Below, piece after piece: positions 37,107 to 48,013 of a stretch of 64,000 bases of DNA (positions are counted from its first letter, which is position 1; each line of letters begins with the position of its first letter). Source of the DNA: Nitrospirota bacterium (GTDB taxonomy: Bacteria; Nitrospirota; UBA9217); assembly GCA_963790205.1 (NCBI GenBank), contig CAWBNQ010000001.1:1120001-1184000 (forward strand). The letters are read 5' to 3'. Under the pieces are notes generated by a model. It was not told the origin of the DNA, made no database searches, and saw only the letters and a list, made by a program, of their open reading frames with translations. A program made the translations under genes and the position numbers.

Positions 37107-39044
37107 ATGAAAATACAGAAAAGGCTCATAGCGCTGGTAGGACTCGGGATGCTGCTCATCATGACGATCACGGTCTTATCGCTCCTGGACATCGCTTCCT
37201 CATTCTCCCGTACCACGAGGGACGTCAGGCAGGTCTCCACCGAGTTCCAGCGAATTTGGGACATCGAGAAGAACATCAATGACATGTCCGTCGCCGTGCA
37301 TAACTACCTTGAGAACGGCGGTAACGGCGGGTACCGGCAATCCTACGAAACATCGCGAATCGCGGTGCATAAGACGCTGAACGAGCTCGCCAGCCTCGAC
37401 CTCGACCGGAAAGAGACGGCCCTTATCAATTCCGTGACCGGCGACCTGGACCAGATGGAGAAGAAAGCAGGACGCATATTTTACCTGCGGTCTCCCGCCG
37501 GCAGGGACAAGGCGCTGGCTACCGACCTCGTGACCGAACTGGACAGCCTCCTCGTCTGGATGGGTCGTGACATCGAAAAATATCAGCAAGAGAACGCGAA
37601 CGAGATGGACTCGGTCCTGAACAAACTTTTAAAGCACAAGGCGATGACCAATGTTTTTTTTCTCATAACGCTGATCACCTCCGTCAGTTTTCTTCTCGCT
37701 TTCGGCCTGTACATTCACCGCAAGGTCTCTGTTCCGCTGAACGACCTCTGGGCCGGCACCGAGGCGATCAGCCGGGGCAATCTCGATTTTCAAATGCAGG
37801 TGCACGGTGATGGCGATATTGCGCGGCTCGGAGAACGATTCAATGAGATGGCCCAAAGGCTCAAACAATCTTATGCCGAGCTCGAACTGAGGCTGTTCGA
37901 CCGCACCCGGGAGCTGGCCGCGCTCGATGCGGTGGCGCTTACCTTGAGCCAGGCCGGCACTCTCAAGGACGTGCTCGACAAATCGTTGGCGAAGATCCTC
38001 GACAGCCTGGCGGGTATCGAGCCCAAGGGGGGCGTGTTCCTCTGCGATCCGGGCGGGGAAACCCTGCACCTGACGGCGCACAATGGGCTTTCACCGGAGT
38101 TCGTGGAGAACGAGGCCGTGATCAAAATGGGAGAGTGTCTCTGCGGCATGGTGGCTCAGAGCGGGGAGCTGCTGTTTACGGAGAACAGCTGCGACGTTCC
38201 AGCCCATACCCGCGGCCCCCGGGGAGAAGGACATTCGCACATCATTATCCCGATCAAGTCACGAGGCATCGTGCTCGGCGTCATCTTCGTTTATCCCCGG
38301 AAAGACTTCAAACTCAAGCCGTCGGACGTTCAGATGCTCGATGCGATCGGCGTCCAGCTCGGCATGGCCGTCGAGAACTTCCGCTTCTACGCGGAAGTGA
38401 AGGAGTCCAGCGAAAAGTTCTGGGATCTCTTTGAGAACTCCCGTGACATTCTCTTTACGACGGACAGTTCGGGCAAGCTGACCGCGGTAAACAAGGAAAC
38501 AGAGAAATTTACCGGCTACTCCAAGGTCGAGCTCTTCGGCAAAAGCATCCTCGATTTTCTCGCGCCTGACGGCGCCGAGCGCGCCAAAGAGATGCTCGCC
38601 GGCAGGGGGAAGGGCGGGACGAGCAGGCTTCCATGGGCCGAGTTCGAGATCGTCAAGCGCGACGGCAGCCGGGCCTTCATCGAGGTGAGGGCGCGGCAGA
38701 TCATGAAAGGACGGGGAACTGGCGGGCTTCCAGGTTTCGGCCCGGGACATGACGGAGCGGAAAAACCTCCGTGAGCTTCTGGTCAAGGCCGAGCGCCTCG
38801 GCGCCATCGGCCAGGTAGGGGTCGCCGTTCGGCACGAGATCAACAACCCCCTTACGACGGTCATCGGCAATATCGAGCTGTTGATAGAGCGCTACGAGGA
38901 CAAGGACGGGAACTGACGGCGCGGCTCGGGACGGTCCTCAACAATGCCCTCAGGATCAGCGAGATCGTCAAACGGCTCCAAGACATCAAGCAGGAGAAGA
39001 TCGTGGACTATCTCAAAGGCGTCAAAATGACGGACCTGAAGTAG
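37107..39044 (+). CDS. Membrane sensor HAMP-GAF-PAS-HisKA lacking HATPase; two compensating frameshifts (~38706 and ~38908)
   Basis: After MK the alternative frame reads DGELAGFQVSARDMTERK...VRHEINNPLT...; the original frame then resumes to YLKGVKMTDLK* (TAG 39042-39044). Confidence 0.8.
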
Positions 39045-39049
39045 GGAAC

Positions 39050-39727
39050 ATGCGACGATTGCGGATTTCAAATCGCGGATTGCGGAATGAGACACGGAAA
39101 ACAAAGGGAAGCGTCGGGGGCCTGACGGGGATTGCCCTTCTTCTGGCCATGCTCATCTCTCCTGCGGCTGCGCGCGCGGAGCTCGTTGACCGCATCGTCG
39201 CGTCGGTCAACAACGAGGTGATCACGTTGAGCGAGCTCGATCGGGCAGTGAGCTTCAACCTCGCGTTCGGCGGTAAAAACGGGGACAAGCTCAGGAACGA
39301 GACGCTCGAAGGGCTGATCAACCGGCATCTGCTCATCCAGGAGGCGTACCGCCTCAAGTTTGTCGAAGTGTCCGACCAGGACATCAATGCGGAAATAGAA
39401 AAACTCAAAACGCGGCTCGGATCGGACGAGGCCTTTGCCGGTTTTTTGGCGCGGCTGGACATCACCAGGGAGCAGCTGGGCCGCATGCTCGGCGAGCGGC
39501 TTCTCGTGGAGAAGTTCATCGAGAAAAAAATAGGACTGTACGTTCGCGTAAGCCGCGACGAAGCGCGGGACTATTTCAACAACCATCCCGCGGAGTTCAA
39601 GGATAAACGCTTTCAGGAAGCGCAAAAGACGATAACGGCCATGCTCACGGACCAGAAGCTCGAACAACAGGTGGCACAGTATCTCGCCGAGTTGAGGAGT
39701 AAAGCCGACATTCGGCTGGACCCCTGA
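39050..39727 (+). CDS. SurA N-terminal domain protein
   Basis: ELVDRIVASVNNEVITLSEL...YLAELRSKADI. True start uncertain. Confidence 0.85.
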   Translation: MRRLRISNRGLRNETRKTKGSVGGLTGIALLLAMLISPAAARAELVDRIVASVNNEVITLSELDRAVSFNLAFGGKNGDKLRNETLEGLINRHLLIQEAYRLKFVEVSDQDINAEIEKLKTRLGSDEAFAGFLARLDITREQLGRMLGERLLVEKFIEKKIGLYVRVSRDEARDYFNNHPAEFKDKRFQEAQKTITAMLTDQKLEQQVAQYLAELRSKADIRLDP

Positions 39728-39797
39728 GGGGTTTGAATGCGGAGTGTCGAATGCGGAATGGGTAAAACAGAAATGAAGACGGGAAACGGAGGAGACG

Positions 39798-40739
39798 ATG
39801 AAGACAATTATTCAAATTTTTTTAACTGTTCTACTGCTGACCGGCCTCTCCGCTTGCTTCGTCATCAAGGTAAACCTCGCACCGGAGACCCAGCCCCTTG
39901 AAGAGCAGGCGATTGAGGGCAAGGGAAAAGACAAGATCGTGCTCATGGACATAACGGGCGTCATTTCGAGTGAAGATGCCGGTTCGGTCCTGGGCGGCAG
40001 GAAAGAGCCGGGAATGCTCGCCCGGGTGCGGGAACAGCTCGACCGTGCGCGTCTCGACAAGAACGTAAAGGCACTGGTGATCCGGATCAACAGCCCCGGC
40101 GGCGGGGTGACCGCCTCGGACACGCTTTACCACGAGATCAAAAAATACAAGGAAGAAACGGGGGTCAAGATCGTCGCCCACTTTCTTGACACGGGAACAT
40201 CCGGCGCGTATTATGCGGCGCTTGCCGCGGACCGGATCACGGCGCAGCCCACGAGCATCACCGGCAGCATCGGCGTCACCATGCTCCGCATAGACGCAAC
40301 GGGGCTGATGCAGAAAATAGGCGTGCAGGCCCTCGAGATATCATCCGGCGCGGAGAAGGGCATGGGCTCGCCGTTCCGCCCGGTCTCTGTCGAGGAGAGA
40401 AAAATATTTCAGGGAATGATCGACAGCATGTACGGCCGCTTCGTGGGTGTTGTCGCCGAGGAGCGAAAGATGGACCCGGAGCGGGTGCGGCAGCTTGCCG
40501 ACGGCCGCATCTACACAAGCCAGGAAGCGCGGGAAGCGGGACTCATTGACGGGATCGGCTATCTTGAGGACGCTTTCAAACAGGCGAAGATTCTGGCGAA
40601 CCTTGATCAGGCAACGATCGTCACCTATCTGAGACCGGGCGAATACCGGTCTAACATCTACTCCCTGAACCTGGTCAACATCAATTTCGGCGACCTCGCC
40701 GGCCCCGGGGTCAGGTTCGCCTATCTGTGGCTGCCGTAA
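39798..40739 (+). CDS. sppA: Signal peptide peptidase SppA (36K type)
   Basis: RINSPGG, SGAYY, TGSIGV, DGRIYT. Lipobox LSAC. Confidence 0.92.
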   Translation: MKTIIQIFLTVLLLTGLSACFVIKVNLAPETQPLEEQAIEGKGKDKIVLMDITGVISSEDAGSVLGGRKEPGMLARVREQLDRARLDKNVKALVIRINSPGGGVTASDTLYHEIKKYKEETGVKIVAHFLDTGTSGAYYAALAADRITAQPTSITGSIGVTMLRIDATGLMQKIGVQALEISSGAEKGMGSPFRPVSVEERKIFQGMIDSMYGRFVGVVAEERKMDPERVRQLADGRIYTSQEAREAGLIDGIGYLEDAFKQAKILANLDQATIVTYLRPGEYRSNIYSLNLVNINFGDLAGPGVRFAYLWLP

Positions 40740-40746
40740 GGAGCTG

Positions 40747-40792
40747 TGAATTCCGGAGTGAGCGCATTCCCCGCGTATGCCTGTGAACAACC
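40747..40792 (+). repeat. Dispersed REP-like element (GGAGTGAGCGYATTCCC...)
   Basis: Near reverse complement of 41780-41824. Related copy at 46165-46200. Confidence 0.75.
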
Positions 40793-41044
40793 CAAGGCGT
40801 TTACCCGTGCAGTGAAGGCGTTCGTAAAGAACTGGTGAAGAAGCTAAAACAGTTTTGTCTCGCCCCGGTAAGTGCGGCATTTGCAGAAAGACTTTATTTT
40901 TAAGATGGTTAGCTCTGCGTGCGCTGCAGCAATTCTATTTTTTTCGTTCTCTCGTGTCGCAGCCCCCAGCTTTTTTTCAAAGATAGTTCTTGAACAAGTC
41001 CCCTTGTTGTGGTAAATTTGCTACAGTTTCGCCGGGGAGGTAGT

Positions 41045-41605
41045 ATGGGAAAAAGTCTTTTGGTTTTATTTCTCATTATGCTCCTGTCATGCAGTTCGTC
41101 ATACGCGTCGAACACCTCAGCCGCTTCCCGGGATTACCGCATGGCGAACAATCTGTATGCTTCCGACCAGTTCCAAGACGCCATCAGCCTGTATCAGAAG
41201 CTTCTTGCTTCTCCGCCTCACGGTGTTACCGCAAGCGAAATTCATACCAGGATCGGAGACAGCTATTTCCATCTTGGCTCTTTTAACAACGCACTTGACG
41301 CGTACCGCGCTGCGCTCAGGGACCAGAAGGAATCAGAGCGGCCGGTGACCCAGTACTGGATCGGGTTCTGCTGTTTTCTTCTCGGCAGGGATGCCGAGGC
41401 GGTGACTGAATTTTTGAAAATACCGCAACGCTATCCCGGGGCGGGGATGTGGGTCGGCACGGCATATTACTGGGCAGGCAGGGCCAGCGAACGCATGGGA
41501 AAGACCGAAGAGGCCTCGAGATATTACCGCAAGGCGGGAGGGAACGGCCGCTCCACGCAGGGCAAGTTCGCGTTCAAGAAAGCCGCGGCAGTCAAAAGGC
41601 CGTGA
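41045..41605 (+). CDS. Secreted TPR protein (YbgF/BamD-like)
   Basis: Signal peptide or lipobox, TPR-like helices (IGDSYFHLG, YWIG, YYWAG). Confidence 0.8.
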   Translation: MGKSLLVLFLIMLLSCSSSYASNTSAASRDYRMANNLYASDQFQDAISLYQKLLASPPHGVTASEIHTRIGDSYFHLGSFNNALDAYRAALRDQKESERPVTQYWIGFCCFLLGRDAEAVTEFLKIPQRYPGAGMWVGTAYYWAGRASERMGKTEEASRYYRKAGGNGRSTQGKFAFKKAAAVKRP

Positions 41606-41683
41606 GGGGTCAGGCGTAAGGGGTGAGGAGAGCAGGTTTTCCCCTTCCGCCTGCGTCTCACGCCACACGGATTGAATCTCCCA

Positions 41684-41824
41684 GCAGCAAATGAAGGTTC
41701 GAATAGGCATCTGCAGGGAATCTCGATTCTTAAGGGTAGAACATAATTGTATTCGCTCGCGAACCCCGCAACAAATGAAGGTTCGTATAGGCATCCGCGG
41801 GGAATACGCTCACTCCAGAATTCA
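41684..41824 (-). repeat. REP-like palindromic element with a 38-bp partial duplication
   Basis: gcagcaaatgaaggttcgaataggcatctgcagggaat (41684-41721) recurs at 41768-41805. Internal ccccgc/gcgggg stem. Confidence 0.75.
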
Positions 41825-41827
41825 AAG

Positions 41828-43528
41828 ATGCTGAAAGAACTAAACATCAAAAACTTTGCCATTATCGACCAGCTCCGCGTTGAATTCACGGCGGGACTGA
41901 ACGTGTTCACCGGCGAGACCGGCGCGGGCAAGTCCATCGTTGTTGACGCGCTGAACCTCGCGCTCGGCGAGCGCGCGAGCGCCGACCTCATCCGCACGGG
42001 TTGCCTGGAGGCGGTGGTGGAGGCCGCCTTTGAACTCAACGGCCGCGGTACTGCGGACGTGACGGCATTGCTTTCCGGACAGGGCATCGAGATGAATCCC
42101 GGCGAGGACCTGATCGTGCGCAGGGTGCTCTCCTCAGCGGGAAAGAACAAGGTCTACATCAACGGGAGCCTGGCGAACCTGGCGACGCTCTCGGCGCTCG
42201 GCGCGAGCCTCGCCGACATCCACGGTCAGCACGAGCACCAGTCCCTCCTTTCGCTTGAACGCCAGATGGAGATGCTTGATTCCTTCGGCGGACTCGGGCC
42301 GCTTCACGACGCCTTTTCTCATGCATACCACCGGCTCCAGGAAGTCCGGAAGGAATTGGGCGAGCTTGAGGCGGGCGAGCGGGACCGGGCGCATCGCGAA
42401 GACATGCTCCGCTTCCAGAAGAACGAGATCGAGGCGGCGATGCTCAAGCCCGGTGAGGACGCCGGGCTCGCGAACGAGCAGAAACTCCTGGCCAATTCGG
42501 AAAAGATCGCCGGGCTTTCGCGGGCCGCGGACGAAGCACTCTATTCAGCGGACAATTCCGTCCTGTCCGGGCTCAAAAAGGCCATAACGGGCATGAAAGA
42601 GATCGCGGCCATCGACAACCGGCTTATGCCGGCGCTCGAACTGTGTGAAGCGGGCAGGGCGCAGATCGAAGAGGTTGCGCGCGAGATGTCGGCCTATGCC
42701 GATCGCGTGGAGTTCGATCCCGACCGGCTTGAACAGATCGGGGACCGGCTCGACCTTATCCAGAAGCTCAAGAAGAAGTACGGCAGCACCATCGAGGAGA
42801 TCATCGAATTCGGCGCCAAAGCGGCGGCCGGGCTCGAGCGCATGGAACGGAGCACCGAGGAGATCGAGCGGCTTAACAAGGAGATTCAAGCCGTCAAGTC
42901 CGGGCTGACCGCTGGCGCGCAGGAGCTTACGAAGAAGCGGGCGGTTGCTGCGCGGGAGCTCGAAAAAAAGATCGAGACCGAGCTCGCTCACCTCGGTATG
43001 GCGAAAACGACCTTTATCGTGAAGATCACGCAGGAACCGGGCGACGACACCCTCGACGGCCATAAACTCGGGCCGCGCGGCGTGGACCGTGTTGAATTCC
43101 TTATTTCGCCGAATCCGGGCGAGGACCCGAAGTCTCTTGCGAAGATCGCCTCCGGGGGAGAGCTTTCCCGCATCATGCTTGCGCTCAAGACGATCCTCGT
43201 GGAAGGCGACAACATTCCCACGCTTGTTTTCGACGAGGTGGATGCCGGCATCGGGGGCGCGGTCGCGGAAGAGGTCGGCAAGAAGCTCAAGCGGGTAGCG
43301 GTCAAGCGGCAGGTCTTTTGCATCACCCATCTGCCTCAGATCGCGAGCATGGCAACGAGCCACTACGGCGTCTCAAAGTCGGTGAAGAAGGAGCGGACGA
43401 ACACTGAAGTGCGGCTGCTCGGAACGAAAGAACGTATGAACGAGATCGCGCGCATGCTTGGTGGAAAAATTATTACCGAGGCGACACTCAGGCATGCCGA
43501 AGAGATGATCAATCGGGGAACTGCATAA
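41828..43528 (+). CDS. recN: DNA repair protein RecN
   Basis: MLKELNIKNFAII, TGETGAGKS, IHGQHEHQ, ASGGELSR, FDEVDAG, ITHLPQ. Confidence 0.97.
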   Translation: MLKELNIKNFAIIDQLRVEFTAGLNVFTGETGAGKSIVVDALNLALGERASADLIRTGCLEAVVEAAFELNGRGTADVTALLSGQGIEMNPGEDLIVRRVLSSAGKNKVYINGSLANLATLSALGASLADIHGQHEHQSLLSLERQMEMLDSFGGLGPLHDAFSHAYHRLQEVRKELGELEAGERDRAHREDMLRFQKNEIEAAMLKPGEDAGLANEQKLLANSEKIAGLSRAADEALYSADNSVLSGLKKAITGMKEIAAIDNRLMPALELCEAGRAQIEEVAREMSAYADRVEFDPDRLEQIGDRLDLIQKLKKKYGSTIEEIIEFGAKAAAGLERMERSTEEIERLNKEIQAVKSGLTAGAQELTKKRAVAARELEKKIETELAHLGMAKTTFIVKITQEPGDDTLDGHKLGPRGVDRVEFLISPNPGEDPKSLAKIASGGELSRIMLALKTILVEGDNIPTLVFDEVDAGIGGAVAEEVGKKLKRVAVKRQVFCITHLPQIASMATSHYGVSKSVKKERTNTEVRLLGTKERMNEIARMLGGKIITEATLRHAEEMINRGTA

Positions 43529-43686
43529 TTACGGAATTCGCCCTGCACTCGCGCTGAACACAATACTTAAACCCATTGTCGTACCATCTCGCCGGGAATC
43601 GCGAGACGGGAATCAAGGGCCTCATAAACGCTGTGTGCAGGCGGATCGCGGAACACGGAATGAAAGAAAGAAGGCAGGTCGCAGAG

Positions 43687-43893
43687 ATGGGCAAAGTCGT
43701 CATCAGGAGAGAATACTGCAAGGGGTGCGAGCTCTGCACTACAGCGTGCGCAAAGAAGCTTTTGAAGATCGGCACGGAGTTCAACAAGAGCGGGTATTAT
43801 ACCGTCGAGTACTGCGGCGAGGAGGGCGCGTGCACGGGCTGCGCGCTCTGCGCCGAGATGTGCCCTGATATCGCGATTGAGGTGTGGAAGTGA
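43687..43893 (+). CDS. 2x[4Fe-4S] ferredoxin (2-oxoacid:ferredoxin oxidoreductase delta subunit)
   Basis: CKGCELCTTAC and CTGCALCAEMCP. Confidence 0.92.
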   Translation: MGKVVIRREYCKGCELCTTACAKKLLKIGTEFNKSGYYTVEYCGEEGACTGCALCAEMCPDIAIEVWK

Positions 43894-44090
43894 GGAGCGC
43901 GAGACACATAAGAACGATCGCAACATAAATTTCAAAACTCCGGATTTCGACCATTTGAACAGTTTGTTTTTTGAGTGTTGGCACTTCGGGTTTGTTCGAG
44001 ATGCGGTGTCTGTGAATTGAGAATTGAGGAAGAAGGCAGCGCGGGTTTTTAGCCCGTGTGAGTTTATCATACGCCAGAGGGAACGAAAGA

Positions 44091-45182
44091 ATGTCCAAAC
44101 TGCTCATCACCGGAAATGAAGCACTGGCCGAGGCCGCTGTACGCGCAGGCTGCCGCCGTTATTTCGGCTACCCGATCACGCCGCAGAACGAGATACCGGA
44201 ATACCTCTCCCGCCGTCTGCCCGAGGTCGGCGGGACCTTTGTCCAGGCCGAGAGCGAGATCGCTGCGATCAATATGGTTTACGGCGCCGTAGCCGTGGGG
44301 GAGCGCGCCATGACCTCCTCATCCAGCCCCGGCATCAGCCTCATGCAGGAGGCCCTCTCGTTCATGGCCGCGTCGGAGCTCCCGGCGGTCATTGTGAACA
44401 TGCAGCGCGGCGGGCCGGGGCTCGGCAATATCTCGCCGTCCCAGGCCGATTATTTTCAGGCCGTGAAAGGCGGCGGCCACGGGGATTACAAGCTGCTCGT
44501 CTATGCTCCGTCGACCATCCAGGAGATCGTGGACCTGACCGTGCGCGCCTTTGAGAAGGCGGACGAGTACCGCAACCCGGTGATGATCCTCGGCGACGGC
44601 GTGCTGGGACAGATGATGGAGCCCGTGGAACTTCCCGACATCAAGCCCAAGCAGGTGGACAAGCCCTGGGCGCTGACGGGCGCTGCGGGCAGGCCGGGCA
44701 AGGTCATCCGTTCGCTCTACATGCTGCCCGGCGAAGAAGGCGGACTCGAGCGGCAGAACTATAAGCTGAAGGCCAAGTACGAGCGTATGGCAGAGCACGA
44801 AGTAATGTATGAGACCGTCCTGACCGATGATGCCGAGATCGTGGTGGTGGCCTTCGGCACGTCGGCGCGCATCGCGAAAACAGCAGTGAACCTCGCGCGG
44901 AATGAGGGGATCAAGGCCGGGTTGATCCGGCCGATCACGCTTTTCCCGTTCCCGGAAAAGATCATCGCAAGCATTGCCGAGCGCGTTGAGCGATTCCTTG
45001 TTGTGGAGATGAATATGGGCCAGATGGTCGAAGACGTCCGGCTCGCGGTGAACGGCAAAGCACCCGTTTCGTTCTACGGCAGGCCGGGCGGCGCCATGCT
45101 CGCGGTCGAAGATATCCTGAGCGCCGTCCATAATTGTGTCCGCGGGGACGCGCCGCAGCCGATTCACGCCGGTTCCGAATAA
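44091..45182 (+). CDS. vorB: 2-oxoacid:ferredoxin oxidoreductase alpha subunit (VorB-type)
   Basis: [43 protein letters not shown]. Confidence 0.9.
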   Translation: MSKLLITGNEALAEAAVRAGCRRYFGYPITPQNEIPEYLSRRLPEVGGTFVQAESEIAAINMVYGAVAVGERAMTSSSSPGISLMQEALSFMAASELPAVIVNMQRGGPGLGNISPSQADYFQAVKGGGHGDYKLLVYAPSTIQEIVDLTVRAFEKADEYRNPVMILGDGVLGQMMEPVELPDIKPKQVDKPWALTGAAGRPGKVIRSLYMLPGEEGGLERQNYKLKAKYERMAEHEVMYETVLTDDAEIVVVAFGTSARIAKTAVNLARNEGIKAGLIRPITLFPFPEKIIASIAERVERFLVVEMNMGQMVEDVRLAVNGKAPVSFYGRPGGAMLAVEDILSAVHNCVRGDAPQPIHAGSE

Positions 45183-45213
45183 GTCGGGGACACTCCGGGA
45201 AGAGGAGCCTCTT

Positions 45214-46149
45214 ATGCCGAAGGTAAAAAACATACTCGATCTGATAGGGAACACGCCGATGCTGAAGCTCACCAAGCTAACGGCGGAAGACCATGCCGAG
45301 GTCTGGGCGAAGCTCGAGGGGTTCAATCCCGGCGGGAGCGTGAAGGACCGGCCGGCGCTCGCGATGATCGAGGATGCCGAGAAAAAGGGCAAGCTCAAAA
45401 AGGGCATGAAGATCGTGGAGCCCACGAGCGGCAATACCGGCATCGGCCTCGCCATGGTCGCCTCGGTCAAGGGCTATCCCGTCATCCTCACGATGCCCGA
45501 GTCCATGACCCTTGAGCGGCGCAGACTGCTCCAGGCCTACGGCGCAGAACTCGTGCTCACACCCGCGGACAAAGGCATGAAGGGCGCCATTGCAAAGGCC
45601 GACGAGATCGTCGCGTCAGGCACGGAATATTTCAAGCCCGACCAGTTCGGGAACCCCGCGAATCCGGCGGTGCACCGCAAGGTGACGGCAAAAGAGATCA
45701 TGAAACAGATGGGCGCGAAAAAAATAGACGCCTTCGTCTCGGGCGTGGGCACCGGCGGCACGATCACGGGCGTGGGCGAGGCGCTGAGGAAAAAATTCAA
45801 AAACATTAAAATATTCGCCGTAGAACCCGCTGCCTCGCCGGTCCTTTCCGGCGGCCAGCCCGGACCGCACATCATCCAGGGCATCGGCGCCGGTTTTGTT
45901 CCAACGATCCTGAACACGAAGGTATACGACGAGGTCATCCAGGTGACGAACGACCAGGCCGCTGAGACGGCGCGGCGCCTGGCCCACGAAGAAGGCCTGC
46001 TGGTGGGAGTCTCTTCCGGGGCCGCCTGCTGGGCGGCGCTTCAGGTGGCCGCGCGGCTCGGAAAGGGCAAGAGGATCGTGACCGTGTTCCCCGACGGCGG
46101 CGAACGCTACCTGACCACCGGAGTGTTCGAGCGAAAGAGCGGGGCATGA
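45214..46149 (+). CDS. cysK: Cysteine synthase A
   Basis: [36 protein letters not shown]. Confidence 0.95.
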   Translation: MPKVKNILDLIGNTPMLKLTKLTAEDHAEVWAKLEGFNPGGSVKDRPALAMIEDAEKKGKLKKGMKIVEPTSGNTGIGLAMVASVKGYPVILTMPESMTLERRRLLQAYGAELVLTPADKGMKGAIAKADEIVASGTEYFKPDQFGNPANPAVHRKVTAKEIMKQMGAKKIDAFVSGVGTGGTITGVGEALRKKFKNIKIFAVEPAASPVLSGGQPGPHIIQGIGAGFVPTILNTKVYDEVIQVTNDQAAETARRLAHEEGLLVGVSSGAACWAALQVAARLGKGKRIVTVFPDGGERYLTTGVFERKSGA

Positions 46150-46164
46150 GCGAGTATTTTTTTT

Positions 46165-46200
46165 GAATCCAGGAGTGAGCGTATTCCCGGCAGCCTGTCA
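46165..46200 (+). repeat. Dispersed REP-like element, partial copy
   Basis: tgaatccaggagtgagcgtattcccggcagcctgt resembles 40747-40785. Confidence 0.6.
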
Positions 46201-46224
46201 CAAGGAGCGTCAAAGAAAGCATTC

Positions 46225-46818
46225 ATGAAATCCCTCCTGCTTCGTGCAAAAAATATTCTCATTCGTCCCCGGGAAGAATGGCTGGTGATCAAGGAAGAGC
46301 CGGCAACGTATTCGGGCATCATCTTCCGCTACGTCGGTGTTCTTGCCGCGCTCCCGCCGGCAGCAGCCGTGGCGGGCAGGTTTATATTCGACAGAAATAT
46401 TCAGGACAACAAGGTCGCTTTTTCTTTCACGTACGTTCTGCTTACGGACCTGCTCTGGTACTGCATGTATGTCCTCAATGTTATGATAACCGGGGCAATC
46501 GTCACCGCGATTGTGACAGCTCCTGCTTCTCGATTGAACGGCATCCAGGGGCTGAAGATCGCCGCCTACTCGTTCACGCCGCTTGTCTTCGCAGGCTTTA
46601 TCGCGGTTATCCCGGGGACGGGCTGGATTTTTGATGTCGCTATCGTATACAGCATGTATCTCCTGTATCTCGGCATTGTCTCTCTGGCGTCAATAGGGAA
46701 AAAGCAGGCGGCATGGTATGCGGTCGCTTCATTTCTTTCCGCGGGGGTCATTGTCGGCGTTATGGATATGCTGGAATATTTTTTTGAATCCCTCATCATG
46801 AACAGGATCGTATCCTGA
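46225..46818 (+). CDS. Yip1-family membrane protein
   Basis: RAKNILIRPREEWLVI, AAYSFTP, YLLYLG. Confidence 0.85.
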   Translation: MKSLLLRAKNILIRPREEWLVIKEEPATYSGIIFRYVGVLAALPPAAAVAGRFIFDRNIQDNKVAFSFTYVLLTDLLWYCMYVLNVMITGAIVTAIVTAPASRLNGIQGLKIAAYSFTPLVFAGFIAVIPGTGWIFDVAIVYSMYLLYLGIVSLASIGKKQAAWYAVASFLSAGVIVGVMDMLEYFFESLIMNRIVS

Positions 46819-47939
46819 TGAAACCCGTCTATCTCGATTATAACGCAAGCACGCCGGTCGCCCCAAAGGTGCTCGATGAGATGCTGCCGTACCTGAAAGA
46901 CAGATTCGGCAACCCGTCGAGCGCTCACCCGTTCGGCGTCGCGTGCCGGGCCGGCATAGAGCAGGCGCGGGAGCGGATGGCGATGCTTCTCGGGTGCGAG
47001 GCCTCGGAGCTCATATTCACGAGCGGGGCCACGGAATCGAACAATATGGTGATCAAGGGGATCGCCAAGGCGGCAGGAAAAGGAAAGCATTTCATCACCT
47101 CCCTGATCGAGCACCCGGCGGTGCTGGAACCGTGCCGCCATCTCGAACGCTTCGGATACCGGGTGACCTATCTGCCGGTTGACCGGTTTGGAATGGTGGA
47201 TCCCGCTGATCTCGAGAATGCCATCACGCCGGACACCGCGCTCGTGACGATCATGCACTCGAACAACGAGGTCGGGACGATCCAGGACATTGCCGAGCTT
47301 GCCCGGATAGCATTGTCCCGCGGAGTGCTGTTCCACACGGATGCCGCGCAGAGCGTTGGCAAAGTGCGTGTCCAAGTGAAGGACCTCGGCGTGGACTTCC
47401 TGACCGTGGCTGGCCACAAGTTCTATGCGCCGAAAGGGATCGGCGCTCTGTACATCAAGAACGGCCGCAAACTCCTGCCGATGCTGCACGGCGCCGGACA
47501 TGAACATGGCCTGCGGCCCGGGACGGAGAATGCCGCCTTCATCGTTGGACTCGGCGCAGCGGCAATGATCGCGGCGCCGATCCTCGATACCGAAGGCTCG
47601 CGCCAGATGAAGCTGGGGAAGAGGCTGTTCGAGGGATTGCAAAAGGCCGGACTGAAAGTGCATCTGAACGGCCATCCCGAAAAGAAGCTCCCGAACACCT
47701 GGAACATCAGCTTTGAAGGATTTACCGCGATGGACGTGATGGATGCCCTCGGCAGAGAGATAGCTGTTTCTCCTGGCGCAGCCTGCCACGGCGACCTCGT
47801 GGAACCATCGCATGTTCTTGTTGCCATGGGAATTGATCCTTCTCTCGCACGTGGGGCCATTCGCTTCAGTTTCGGCAGAGAGACGACGGAAGCTGAAATT
47901 GATACTGTTGTGCAGACGGTGAAAAACAGTCTGCGTTAG
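46818..47939 (+). CDS. Group I cysteine desulfurase / selenocysteine lyase-like PLP enzyme
   Basis: YLDYNASTP, GNPSS, FTSGATESNN, HTDAAQ, GHKFY, PGAACH. Confidence 0.92.
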   Translation: MKPVYLDYNASTPVAPKVLDEMLPYLKDRFGNPSSAHPFGVACRAGIEQARERMAMLLGCEASELIFTSGATESNNMVIKGIAKAAGKGKHFITSLIEHPAVLEPCRHLERFGYRVTYLPVDRFGMVDPADLENAITPDTALVTIMHSNNEVGTIQDIAELARIALSRGVLFHTDAAQSVGKVRVQVKDLGVDFLTVAGHKFYAPKGIGALYIKNGRKLLPMLHGAGHEHGLRPGTENAAFIVGLGAAAMIAAPILDTEGSRQMKLGKRLFEGLQKAGLKVHLNGHPEKKLPNTWNISFEGFTAMDVMDALGREIAVSPGAACHGDLVEPSHVLVAMGIDPSLARGAIRFSFGRETTEAEIDTVVQTVKNSLR

Positions 47940-48013
47940 GTGAGCTTCCGATATGACTTCTCGCATTTTAGCGTGATATCAAGGTTTGCTCAATTAGTTA
48001 TCTTCGCACAAAT

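Noticed and set aside
41684..41805. 38-bp repeat pair with 46-bp spacer as a mini CRISPR
   Set aside because: Only two imperfect copies, part of a dispersed REP-like element, no cas genes.
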